Below are positions 49,175 through 61,536 of a stretch of DNA of 64,000 bases, one piece after another. Source of the DNA: Stegostoma tigrinum (taxonomy: Eukaryota); contig NC_081391.1 in NCBI RefSeq assembly GCF_030684315.1, positions 13,617,342 to 13,681,341 on the forward strand, written 5' to 3'. The notes under the pieces were generated by a model. That model ran no database searches and was not told the DNA's origin. It saw only the letters and a program-made list of their open reading frames with translations. Positions within the stretch are counted from its first letter, which is position 1; each line of letters begins with the position of its first letter. The position numbers were made by a program, and so were the translations under genes.

Positions 49175-52100
49175 ATCAGTCAGAACTATCACCAGGATTG
49201 TGAAGCTGCTGTCAACAAGCAGATTAATGTGGAGCTCACTGCCTCCTATCTCTATCAGTCTTTGGTGAGTGCTGTCTTGATGGAGTTGAAATTAAATCTA
49301 TTCTGCAAATATGAGCTGATCCTCTTGTTTCTAATTAACTTCATAGTCTTGTAGATTTGAGGTGTTCAAGTTCTTAGCTTAAAAATCATTTTGGGATAAA
49401 TGTGATGCCCTTTGGTAACAATGGATTTTGATATTGATGTAGAATAACTAATTCACCAGCTGGGATTGAGTGATAGATGGAGGGCAAATTGTTCTGTCAA
49501 TTATTTTACAATTTACTGCCAGGCCTTTGCCTGGTGGTAACTGTCTATTTTCTCCCCAGAATTGACCAACCTTTACTAAAAATAGATGTAATGGTTTTGG
49601 GAGTTGTAGGCACCCCTTGGCTAGTCATCCTGAAACATTTTAATATACCTTGATCACACTTTATTTGTCCTCTGATCCTAAATAAACATCATGCCAGTTT
49701 CCATTCTGTGATGGAGAATGATGGTGGTGACTGGCTTCTGAGCGTATTCACTTGTAATTTGCATTGAGGAGGCCTCAGATGTGGACTAGTTGGCTTTCTG
49801 CCTTCTCCATTCACGAATGGACTGTTAGTGGTCAGGAAGTCACTTGTTGTCCATTCCTCCAACAGATCAATGCTCTCCTGTGAGTGCATGCACAGGGTGT
49901 CTAGAATAACCTGAGGTTTTTATTTCAATAAATATGAAGAAATGGGAAATGGCCCCTTTCTCCACGTAGTACTGTGCCCATGCCCTTCCAAAATGGAAGG
50001 ATGTAATGGTTTGGAAATGTTGAAGCAGATTTTGAAGGCTGCTGGGTACCTAGTAGGTAGTGGACACCAGGAGTGCATTCACTCACTCCCTTCAATGAGG
50101 TGGGCTGCTCTATCCTGCACAGTGTCTACTTTGTGCATGTTGCAGCTCCACTTCTTGGGACAAGGGGACAATATTTATCCCTTGTGGGGCTTATCACTGA
50201 GAAGCCATCTCTTCCCACTCTTTCAGGATGAAATCCCTGTACCCTTCCCTTTAGCAGGTGGGAACAGCTATCACCAATAAGCCTTTTGGGTCTTAACTGT
50301 CAGTGGTGTCCCTCATCAATTGGGCAGCATGTGCCCAAACAACCCACTATCCTCCATCTGTAAGATGCAGCTACCCAAGTTAAGCCAGAGAAATTTACAC
50401 AACTGTTTTTTGACAAAAGAAGCTTCTTAGCCTGATCAGTAGGAACTAGATAACCTGCTTTAACAAGGTGTCAAGCTGGATGAACACAGCAGGCCAAGCA
50501 GCATCAGGGAAGCTGATGTTTTGGGCCTGGACCCTTCAGAAATGGGGAGGGGAATGGGTCCCTGACATAGGAAGGGGTGGGGAGGTGGATGGATGAGGGA
50601 TAAAGAAACAGATGGTGAGGAGACAGAGGTCTGAGGTGAGGATAGGGCCAAAAAGGCCAAATGAGTTGGGTAGGCTTGTCCAGGGAGGTGGGGATGGGTT
50701 TTGAGGTAGGGGTGGTGTGGGGAAGTAGGTGGGAGGAAGGATGGACAAGCTAGGGAGGTGGGGACCAGCTGGGCTGTGATTGGGGGCAGGGAGATCTTTC
50801 AGCTTAAGTCCTCACTGATACCATTGGGCTGCAGGGTTCCCAAGCAGAATACAAGGTGCTGTTCCTGCAACCTTTGGGTGGCATTGGAGGCCCAGAATGG
50901 ACATCAACTGTCCCCTCCTGCTCCTCTGAAGGGGAAGTAGTTTGTGACTGGGAGGTGCAGCTGCCAGTCATGAGCCAAGCATGGGTGCTCCACAAAGTGG
51001 AGTCAAGCCTCTGCTCGGCTTTCCTGATGTAGAGAAGGCCACATTAGGAACAGTGGATACAGTATACATCACTGCAGATGTGTAGGTGAACATCTGCTTG
51101 ATGTGGAAGGTCTTGGGCCCTGGGATGGGGGGGGAGGTGTAGCACTATCTGTGTGGCAGTTAAAGCCCTGGCTGGAGGGGCTAGTGGAATGGACAAGGAA
51201 TCAGTGGTCTCTCCAGAAGGCAGCTAAGGTTGGGGAGGTAAAAAATGTCTTGGCCAGATCGCAGATGGTCGAAGTGCCAGAGGATGATGCATTGGATCCA
51301 GGCATTGAGGCGGTACTGAAGGATGAGAGGATTCTGTTTTGGTTGTGTGCGGGATAAGTTGCAAGACGCTGTTGTGTTTTTCTTCAACTGAAGGTAAGTT
51401 ACACTTCATTGGAAAATGAGGACATCTGGGATGCCCAGGAGTAGAATGCCTCCCCTCAGGGCTGGAGGTGAAGGAATTGGATTAGGAGATGGCACTTTCC
51501 TTCCACAGGAAGGTGGGTGAGGTGTATTCTAGGTAGCTGTAGGAGTCAGTAGGTTAGAAATATATCCAAGGATATATCGAAGATTGATAGATCAACTTAA
51601 GGTTGAGGTAGAAGGTTCTAATGAATTAGAGGAACTGTTCAAGCTCTTTGTGGGATGTAATAGAGGAAGATGTGGAGTTTATGGCCCATCTCGCTGTAGA
51701 AGGATTGTTCCACATATCCTACCAAGAAGCAGGCACAGCTTGTACCTATGGCCACCCCCTTCCTCTGTAGGAGTTGGGAGGAATTGAAGGAGAAGTTGGG
51801 GGTGAGGATGAGTTTGCTAGGTGGACAAGGTTGTTGGTGAACAGGGACCAGTCAGGCCTGCAGGACGAGAGAAGCAGAGGGAATTAGGCCATCTCCATGG
51901 GGAATGGATGAGGTTGGAGGCTGTGGGTGGGAGGTAACCTCCAGTGAGGTTGTGGATGGACTAGGAGATGGTTTGGTGGTCAGCGGTGGAGTCATGATCA
52001 AGGTGGGTAGGTGGTAGGAGGCATCGGCTGCTCTTCCACACAACTACATGTGGCACTCCAGCTCCTGGCATTTCCTTTAAACCCTGTTCAGTCACGAACT

Positions 52101-53677
52101 TCATCCAATTCTGATGGTGCTTAGAGTGGATATGTTCTTCTCTCTACAGACAAGAACAGGCCTGGTCAATTCACAGGTTTTTGTAAAGGAATTTTAAAAA
52201 ATAGGGTATTTGCCTGGTTACCAGGAGGAGGCGAGGGTTGTTTTTGATGATTCTTGAACTGGAGCCACTGGCTAACTGGACAATGGTTCTCCTCCAACTT
52301 GATGTATCTAATATTTATTGACTTCTCAATTTGAAGGTGAAACCAGTCATGTCTGGCACCAATTGTATGATGTTTAATGGATGTAACTTGTTTTCTCCCA
52401 GGTGTCGTACTTTGACCAGGATGATGTTGCTCTCCCCCATGTCTCCCGGTTCTTCAAAGATCAGTCCCAGGTGAAGCAGGAACGTGCAGAGAAGCTGCTG
52501 AAATTCCAGAATCAGCGTGGAGGCCAAGTCTTCCTCCAGGATGTGAAGTTTGGAGTTGGGTTTTTGGGGTGGGGGGAGTTGGGTGGTAGAGTGGCTGCTC
52601 CTCAGGGATGGCACAGTGACTCAGTGTTTACCATGCCTGCCTCAGTGCCAGGGATCCAAGTTGGTTCTTGGTTCTAGGCTCCAGTGAATGAGTGATGTTT
52701 ACTTGCTCTTGCCATGTCCACATTGGCTTCACAGTTCAATGATGTGTGTGTTAGAAGGATTGCCATTTAAAATGCAGGGTGACAAGAATAAGGTGGGATT
52801 CTTCACGGAGAAGGGCCTTGTCGCAACAAACGTAGTGGCTGTACCTGCTGATCGGGGATGAATGAAATGATGCAGTGACCTTGGTTATTGTCACCATGAG
52901 TCAAATAGCCTGTTCCCATGCTGCAGAGATTGTGAAGCTTACCTGTCCTCTCTCCATCCGCAGAAGCCAGAGAGGGATGAGTGGGGTAACAGCCTGCAGG
53001 CAATGCAGGTTGCCCTGGATTTGGAGAAGAATGTGAACCAGAGTTTGCTGGATCTCCACCAACTCGCCACAGCCCAGACTGACCCTCATGTAAGCTTCAC
53101 CTCTTCATTCTCATCACTGCCATGCCTCTTCAACTTCATTGGTTGGTCTTTGTGGAGTGGAAATTCGCAGACGTAACTTTGTCCAGATGCTACATTGTAC
53201 CTTTGTCATCATAATTATGATGACAATGTTAAACTGCTCAACACCGAACTGAAATAGGAATTTGGATTACAGTCTAGTGGGAATGCTGATGTGACTTTTT
53301 TGACTGCTGAATTGGGGATTGTTGCACTATACAAGACAACTTGGAGCTCTTTGAGAAGGTGAGATGGAGCAGCTGAAATGTCCTCACTGGCACAAATTCT
53401 CCACCTGTTAGCTAGATTTTCAGGGCTGTCTAGAGCTAGTTATGGCTCAGTCTTTTTCAGGAGGAATTGTGAAGTTGTCTTGGATAGTATAAATGTACCA
53501 AGTGTCATATTCCTCTGTTGCAGCTGTGACTTCCTGGAGACTCACTATTTGGATGAGGAGGTGGAGATCATCAAGCAACTTGGGGACTACATCACCAACC
53601 TGAAGCGCCTGGGAGCCCCTGAGAATGGGATGGGAGAGTACCTGTTTGACAGGCTCTCCCTGGAGGACAGCAGTTAG
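49175..53677 (+). pseudogene. Ferritin pseudogene F6; exons <49175-49264, 52402-52548, 52964-53089, 53524-53677
   Basis: The exon 2 donor is AAG|TT instead of AAG|GT. Exon 4 lacks 2 nt (ctg tga c) and gives a stop at 53527-53529. Exon 2 carries QSQVKQER. Confidence 0.85.
50462..52030 (-). mobile_element. Degenerate Penelope-like retroelement (RT plus GIY-YIG endonuclease relic) in F6 intron 1
   Basis: With frameshifts, the minus strand gives GPKTFHIKQMFT..VYCIHCS*CGLLYI (GIY-YIG, ~50990-51120), HSYLEYTS (~51520-51540) and GVAIGT..ACFLVGYVEQS (RT, ~51700-51760). Confidence 0.85.
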
Positions 53678-54989
53678 TGTGGCCTGGAGTACTGTCTGCT
53701 TGGTCTGAATGCATTCCCCACTTCACCCTGGACAACCTGTCTCCTTCCAGGGAGAAGGGACTTGGAGCAAAGAATGTGATGGCTGTACCAGCTGAATGGG
53801 AATGAATAAAATCATGTATTGATCTTGTTTATTGTCCATCATTCAGAGCACTGGATATTTTGGGAAATGTCTTATTGAGCGTGAAGGCAGTCCTCTTTCT
53901 GTAGTTTGGCTGACCCAATTACTAATTGGACATGAAAACAACTTTTCAATGGATGTATTTACTAACTCTCGATCATTGCACAGTAACTAGTTGGACTTGC
54001 TTTTTCTCATGACACAGACTCAAGACTTTCCCCTCTTAATAGGATGAGGTTGGTGTTTCCACAATTGTGGGATGGAAAATCTTCCAGAGGTCAATTAGTA
54101 CACTTCTGGATACTGTAGGTTCAATTGTAGTTCAGAACTTGTCTTCCTTTTTGAAACAGGAAGTTCCCGTACCTTCTCTAAGGGATAAACCAGACGCCCA
54201 TTCCATAGAATCTGGGATATCTACGTTCAATGCCAGGTTTCCCTTCCTACAGCCTCCCCTCAGTCACCACTCAGTCACCACGAGCAATGAGATTTGTCAC
54301 TCGGACACTAATCTAATGGGAAGACAAGTCTGTGATCTGGAGGCTGGATCAGTTGACAAAATGCTGGCGGGAGTAGATATATCAAGTTCTGCTCTCAATC
54401 CAGTTGCAGGAACCAGCTAAGTTAGGAAAGACACAGGCTTGATTCATCTGGTGTAACCTCCCCAGCGAGGCCCTACCATGACCAGTATTTTCTATTCTCA
54501 GCGTTGTTGTTTTTGGCCTCCTGTGGATGTAGCCTAGGGATCTTGGAGCCGGTTATGGATCAAAGCAGGACCAGCACTGGAGGCCTGTGACCTTCTCTTT
54601 CTCCCCATCTCTTGTTCCAGCTAACTGCAGTTGCACCCCCTGCCTGGTTCAATCCCTCTTGACAGTTCTGAGGAAGGGTGGCTGGACTCACTGTGGGTTC
54701 GCTTTTTCATTCCTCCATCTGAGTAACATAGCCCGCTCCATCTTTGCTCACGAAGGAGTCAGTCCACACTGGCGCTGAGCTTTTCCCAATAGCAATCCAA
54801 AATTGTCTTTAATGTGGCATCCTCCCCTTCTTCCTCCACCACACCCCCCTTCTCTTCCCAGCGTTCACTCCAACAAGCTACCCAGCCCAGATCTGGGAAA
54901 ATTCAGCACAAACGTTTGCAGAAGCCACTTACCAACAGGTCAGCTGGAATTCCCCTGATCTGTATGAGATTACAATGTCTGCTCTTGAT

Positions 54990-56020
54990 GCTAACCTCCT
55001 GCTCAGGGACACCCTGTTCCCTTAATCCCACATTTCCCATGGCTAATCTAACAAATCCGAATGCCCCTTGTCACTGTCAGCAATTATCTTTGCCAATCGA
55101 CCTAATCTGCAACCCATTGGACTAGGGGAGGGAGTCGGAGCAGATGGTGGAAATCCATGCAGACGCAGGGAGAATGTGCAAACTCCACTCATGTTGCCAA
55201 AGGCTCGAATTGAACCAGAGTCCCTGTGGCTGTGACGTATCAGTGCTCACCACTGAGCCCCCATCACGCCCAAAAGTACCAAACAAAAGGGGGAGGCAGT
55301 TGCACAGTCATCAAGTCGTACATCATGGAAATAGACTCTTCTGCCCACACAGTCCCTACACACCAGGTTTCCAAAACTCTGTAGTGCCATTTGGCCCATC
55401 TTCCTCGAAGCCATTCCTTCCCCCATAAGTGTCCAAATGTCTCATCAAAGTGGTAATTATACGCACCTCGACCGCTTCTTCTGGCAGCTCGTTCCATACA
55501 CACACACACCACCCTCTGTGTGAAAACATGGTCCCTCATGTCCCTTTTAAATTTTTGCCCCTCTCCCCTCAAACCGATGCCCTCCAGTTTTGGACTCCCC
55601 TAATCTGTCCCAGCATGCTTTTTATATACAGTCAATCTCGAGTGTGCCAAGGGCAAGGCTACATTTAGTGCTCAGCAACAGTTACACTTCAGGAGGTGGT
55701 GATGAGCTGCTTATTACAGTCCACCTGGTGTAGGAGAGACCGGAATGATGCTGCTGCTGCTGCTGAGGAGGGGCTTCTGGGATGTTCATTCACAAACAGG
55801 GATATTGTTCCAGGTCAGGATGGTGATAGATTTACATGGAGCTGCTTCAGTGTTGCTGGGCCTGCACTGAGCTATAATTGTGAACAATCCCAGCACTATT
55901 AATTAATACTTCCTCACTCCGGTCTTAAAGATCGCAGACAGGTTTTGGACAGTCAGGAAGGAGTTGAGAAGTTCACAGCAGAATTCCTAGCCTGTGACTT
56001 CCCAGTTTCTGAGCTGTTCG
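54990..56020 (-). mobile_element. Composite of V-SINE, CR1 3' end and L2-type 3' end upstream of F7
   Basis: V-domain complement gcagggagaatgtgcaaactccac at ~55165, CR1-like DMRDHVFTQRVV and L2-type tail. Confidence 0.7.
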
Positions 56021-56593
56021 TTCTACAGAATGCAATGTAAATAGCTGCAGAAACTCTCTGCTTCAAAACATGCTGGAGTTAAGTACCAGTTGTCCTTGAA
56101 ATTGTTAAGAACTGAATACAGAGATAAAAATGTTGAACATACAATACATTTCCAACAGCTGACAACTGGGCCATTTAAATATAGAGGCCTGAGGCCGACT
56201 GTGCGCCTGAGGCACTCAGAATATTTAAAGTTTTAATTTTCGAACTCGGTTTCGTGAGATCTAAAGTCAATGACAATCTGGCAGATTCAAAATGGATCCT
56301 TTAAGGACATCAGTTTCCTGTATTAAATGGTCCGGAAGCACATGAATTTTGTTGCTGCACAGCGATAGGAAAATGTTTACTGTCAACAAAATCTGGCCAT
56401 TTCTCATTGGGCTCCAACACTGTCGTTCAAAAGGTACAAAGAGTAATCCCTCAGAGTAACAAACTGACAGAATTCAGCAAATCTGTGATGAGCGAGTCTT
56501 CATACATAAACGCAGATACAAAAGTGAAGTTCTCGAGTCTATTTTATTCTCATTTTCAGGTTAATAAACTTATACAATTTGTTCTTGCACAGG

Positions 56594-56781
56594 AGGTCAA
56601 AGGTCAGTCAGCAATTCCATCATCGACCAGTTGTCAATTCTGATCGGTTTCTGGATCCAATTCCCATCCTGCACTGATTGGACGTGGCAACTGATCAATT
56701 GAGTAACAAGAGTAATTGGCCATCACTGATGATGCCATTTCCTGCTTCACAAAGTGAGGGTCTGCTCCTGGAGCATAAATA
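56594..56781 (+). promoter_or_regulatory. Promoter of F7
   Basis: Perfect DR1 56594-56606, inverted CCAAT plus ACGTG, CATAAATA variant 56774-56781. Confidence 0.65.
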
Positions 56782-56876
56782 ACGTCCTAAGAGAATGCTG
56801 TTTTAGGTGTAGTTGGTTTTCTTTTTCTAGTTATAATTTGATTGTGAAGGAAAAGGAAAGTTGTTTCTATCACAAG

Positions 56877-59800
56877 ATGGCCTCCCAGATCAGTCAGAAC
56901 TATCACCAGGATTGTGAAGCTGCTGTCAACAAGCAGATTAATGTGGAGCTCACTGCCTCCTATCTCTATCAGTCTTTGGTGAGTGTCCCTGTAGTGTTGG
57001 ATTTAAATCTGTTATGAAGTGAACTTTTTCTTAAAAAACTAGATTAACACTCTTGTAGACTTTTCTTTGTATCTCTTGCCTATTTCTTGAGTCAGGGTAA
57101 ATGTGATGACAATGGGATATGATACTGATATGCAGCAACTGAGGCCCCAGTTGTCTCAATGATATAGGGAGGGTGAAGCATCTTGTGATTTATCTTAAAA
57201 TTCCTTTTAGGGCTGTGATTGCCTATAACTGACCGTGGTTCTCCATAATTTTCTAAACTACTGTCAAGTTTTGATGATCAAGATAACATTTGGCTAATTA
57301 CCTTTTTTAAATCTGCCTTGATGTATCTATTTTAATTTTCAGCATGTAAATAAACAAACAAACATACTGATTTTGGTATTTACAATGAAGTGTTGTAGTA
57401 ATTTGACCAATCAGATTTGGTTAAGCTGAACTCTAGTCCTCCAGGTAAAACAGGCTGCTACCTACTTAAGTAGGTCTCCTATATTTTGGCTTCTTGTACT
57501 CTATCATGAGGTGGGTTTGATCCATCACTTCACAACCTATAGATAGTTGACTTGTGGGTGCCCTGCACCCACCCCCGCCCCACCAGGGCTGCTGGAACAT
57601 GCTGAGGCTATTGACTTCAGGGGTGAAGAAATAAATGTTCCTTTACCATTTAACCAGATAAAAAAAACAAACTGGCCCCTCCCACCAGGTGGTGGTGTCC
57701 CTGTGCCCTTCCAAGGAGTAGAATGTGTTCAGAAGGTGTTGCAGTCCCCTTGGTGAGTGCTGCAGGGGACCTGGTAGATAATGGACCCTGAAAGGAGGTG
57801 GTGAATGCAGTCCCCATGAAGTGGGCTGCTCTGTCCTGGATGGTGTCTGCTTCTTGCATGTGGCAGCTCCACTTCTTCAGACACATGGAGAATATTCATC
57901 ACTCTCTGGGCTTGTGCTTGTTGGAGCGAAGCTGCCTCTAAATGACATGAGGATCAAGCCCCTATAACCTACCTTTTTGGGAGGTGGAACAGCTTTAACT
58001 AGTGAACCAATTGTTGGGTTTTAGTCACTGACCACTGTCCCAACTCAATAGGGAATCTTGTGTGCTGATAATAAAATCCCCACTATTCTACACCTTCTAT
58101 GACTTAACTACCCCATTAAACCACTTTTTTTTAACTTTTTTTGTTTTTATTTGAGGATTAAACTAACTTTTCACCAGGATTCCACCCAAGAACGAAATCT
58201 TCTTTTGAAGAAGTCAATAGACTACTCCTAATCAACAATAACTTGTTGGATTGTGAATCTCAGTTGAAAAGTGAGTGAAATGAGTGGGGAAACAATAGTT
58301 TAGATCTTGGAATAAGCTAAATTGAGCTCTCCAGCTTTGCAATCTATAGATCATGTGACTTGTTCATAGTCCTGCAGATACTATTAGGTCTCCTGAACAT
58401 TCGATCTTGTTTCAGTTGTGAATTTTTTTAATGCTTTGCTTTGCAAGCTTCTGGCAACCTGAGTGCACTGCATAAACAAATGTGATAAACTATTGCTGCA
58501 ACAAGCCAAAGGCTATCACTGGGCAGGCTCTCCTTTAGCACCAAGATTCTCCAAATTGCCCTCATTCTCCTGCATACTGCAAACAGCATCTCTTGTAGAG
58601 CTGCTTTATGTAAAGAAAAAATACAGTACATCTGATCCAACTGGTTGCAGAAGACCTGTACCTACTCGCTACATTCATGTCCAGCATCTGCATGCTACTC
58701 TAGCACCAGGGGAGACATGTAATGACTTGAAGTTGCCTGACCCTGTGCACATCCTGCATTCCAGCTCCTGGCACTTGGTTAAACCCTATTCAGTTACCAC
58801 TTCCATCCAATTCTGGAGGCTAGATGGCAGAAATGTGCATTCAGCTTTTCTATCTAGGCTGTGCCAGACCCACACCCCCAAACAATTCAGCAGGGTTTAT
58901 AAACCCAAACACTGAAATTGTATCTTACATGGAAGAAGCTGGGGTTGTTTGGTTTCCTCCAATTAAAGGAGCTGCTGGCTAACTTTGCAACACCATTAGT
59001 GAACATTGTAAGGTGTCAACAATTTTCAGCTGATTGAATCATTAGTTTGCTTTAGACTAAACCAGTCCTCCAGTTCTGAGCATGAGAAATGGGGTCAATG
59101 ATGTGTTTAATGGGCTTTAACTTTTGTTCTCCCTTCCAGATGTCCTACTTTGACCGGGATGATGTTGCCCTCGCCCATGTCTCCCGGTTCTTCAAAGATC
59201 AGTCCCAAGAGAAGCAGGAACATGCAGAGAAGCTGCTGAAATTCCAGAATCAGCGTGGAGGCAGAGTCCTCCTCCAGGATGTGAAGGTTGGAGTTTTTGG
59301 TGGGGGGTTGTGTGGCAGTGTGCAGGAATGGCAGCTCATGGTGTTTTCTGTCATTAGTGACAGGATTTTCACGTGGTAAAGGGTGTGTAGGTTAGAGTTG
59401 GAGAACTTAGGCAGTGGGGAGGAGATGTGAGAAATGGCTGCTTGTGGTGAGGTTTCATGTCCTGAAAGAAAGTGAAAACTGTTCTTGTTTGGCTCCCCTC
59501 CTTTTGACTAAAAGGGAAGATCCTCGAAACAAGCCTCTTGGCTCCCCTCCACCTGCTGCTTCTCCACACCGCGCCCCCCCCCCCCCCACCCCATGCTGAC
59601 CCAACAAACACCAAACCACATTCATCCCATTTACTGCACTTGGTCTCCAGCCCCCATGGCATTGGTAGTTGTCTAGAAGCTGCTTCAATATTGCAGCAGT
59701 AGATGCCTCCCCCACTGCCCCACCCCCCCATATTATTTTTCCACTACCCTCTCGGCAAAGGATTCCTCTAACCTGCTTACTCCTCACATCAGTGCCCTCT

Positions 59801-61536
59801 GGTCTTAATGTCTCTTTCTCCCCACCCCCTCATAGCAGACACTCCCCATCTACTATCAAGACTCCACACTAATCAAATGCCATCACAGAAACATCTCAAC
59901 TGACTTCACTCTGGGGATTGGAGTGAGAAATCTAATCTCTCCTTTTAATGGATTTTTCAGTCTTGGGGCAACATCCTAGTGACCCCTTCCAGTGCCATTG
60001 TGGCTCTGGTCACCACACTGTATTCCACGTTTGCATGGCCAATGCTGCAAAGTTTGTGACAAGACTGGAGTCCCTGGACTGCACCCCAGGAAATGGGGAC
60101 AGGCATTGTGGAAGCCAACTTCCCCATCCTGTCTACACTTATGGATCCTTGAAATATCTTTAGTCTTGTGCTCTTGGTTCCTTTATTGTCAACATATTGC
60201 TGTCCCTTCAATGAATTAAATAGTAGTGCTGATTTTCATCATTCAGGTCAGTCCTATATGAAGCAATAGGCCCAGGTTGAAGTCCCACTTGTGCTTATGC
60301 TCCAAGCCTAGGGACAGTACCACTGCATAACAAGCCCCGGGCTCAAGTTGTGAATATCCTCCTTGGGATGCCATCAGATGGGCACTGACAATTCTGTGCA
60401 AGCATAACTCTTATCCCCACTATGACCTGGTCATGAATTGACTCTCCTTTCGGAAGAAGCAAATAGGGCTAGGTGAAAGGAATTCTTAAATAACTGATCT
60501 GGGCTTCAGGGATGGCAGTGGTTAGCACAACTGCATCAGTGCTTGGGGCACAAGCTTAATTCTGGCCTCTGGTGACTGACTGGAATTTACATGTTCACCA
60601 CATCTCTACATAGGTTTCCTCCCACAGTCCAATGATGTGCAGGTTAGGATAGGCCATGAAAAATGCAGGATTACATGGCTAGGTCTAGGACCAGGTTGGA
60701 TGCTCTTCAGACGGTCATGAGTGGGCAGAATGGCCTGTTGCATGCTGCAGGGATTTTTGTTTCTGAGGCTTAACTGTCCTTCTGTCCATCCTTAGAAGCC
60801 AGAGAGGGATGAGTGGGTAACAGTCTGCAGACAATGCAGGTTGCCCTGGATCTGGAGAAGAATGTGAACCAGAGTTTGCTGGATCTACACCAACTCTCCA
60901 CAGCCCAGACTGACCCTCATGTAAGCTTCACCACTTCATTCTCATCACTGCGAGACCCTCAGGGTAACACTTCATTGGTTGGTCTGTGTGGATTGGAAAT
61001 TCACAGGTGTGCACTGATCACTTCGGGTCCATGCTGCTGAGCAGTTGTTACATGGTGATCAGTAATGAAGTGAAATGGGAGTTTGGAAGGCAATCCATTG
61101 GGAGTGATGAAGTGATATTGGCCATTGAATTCCCATTCTCACTTGGGAGCATTACAGTGGGATGATCATTGTCCATCACCATCCAACTCAGCTCCACTTC
61201 ACAAACAGCAAGATGGAGCAGCTGAAATCCTATTGTCATCACCGACACAGATTTTCCAGGTGTTAGCTAAATTTTCAGGGCTGTCTGGAACTAGTATGGT
61301 AAAGCCTGTTTTTCAGTGGGAATTCTGAAATTGTCTTGGATAGTGTTAATGCACCCAGTTGTCATATTCCTCTGTTGCAGCTGTGTGACTTCCTGGAGAC
61401 TCACTATTTGGATGAGGAGGTGGAGATCATCAAGCAACTCGGGGACTACATCACCAACCTGAAGCGCCTGGGAGCCCCTGAGAATGGGATGGGAGAGTAC
61501 CTGTTTGACAGGCTCTCCCTGGAGGACAGCAGTTAG
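56877..61536 (+). pseudogene. Ferritin copy F7, frameshifted as assembled (may be intact); exons 56877-56978, 59140-59286, 60796-60920, 61381-61536
   Basis: Exon 3 is 125 nt (gagtgggtaac versus gagtggggtaac), giving a stop at 60865-60867. All other exons and splice sites are intact. Confidence 0.7.

Noticed and set aside
48638-49354. ORFs spanning 48638-49354
   Set aside because: Artefacts of translating through the N gap.
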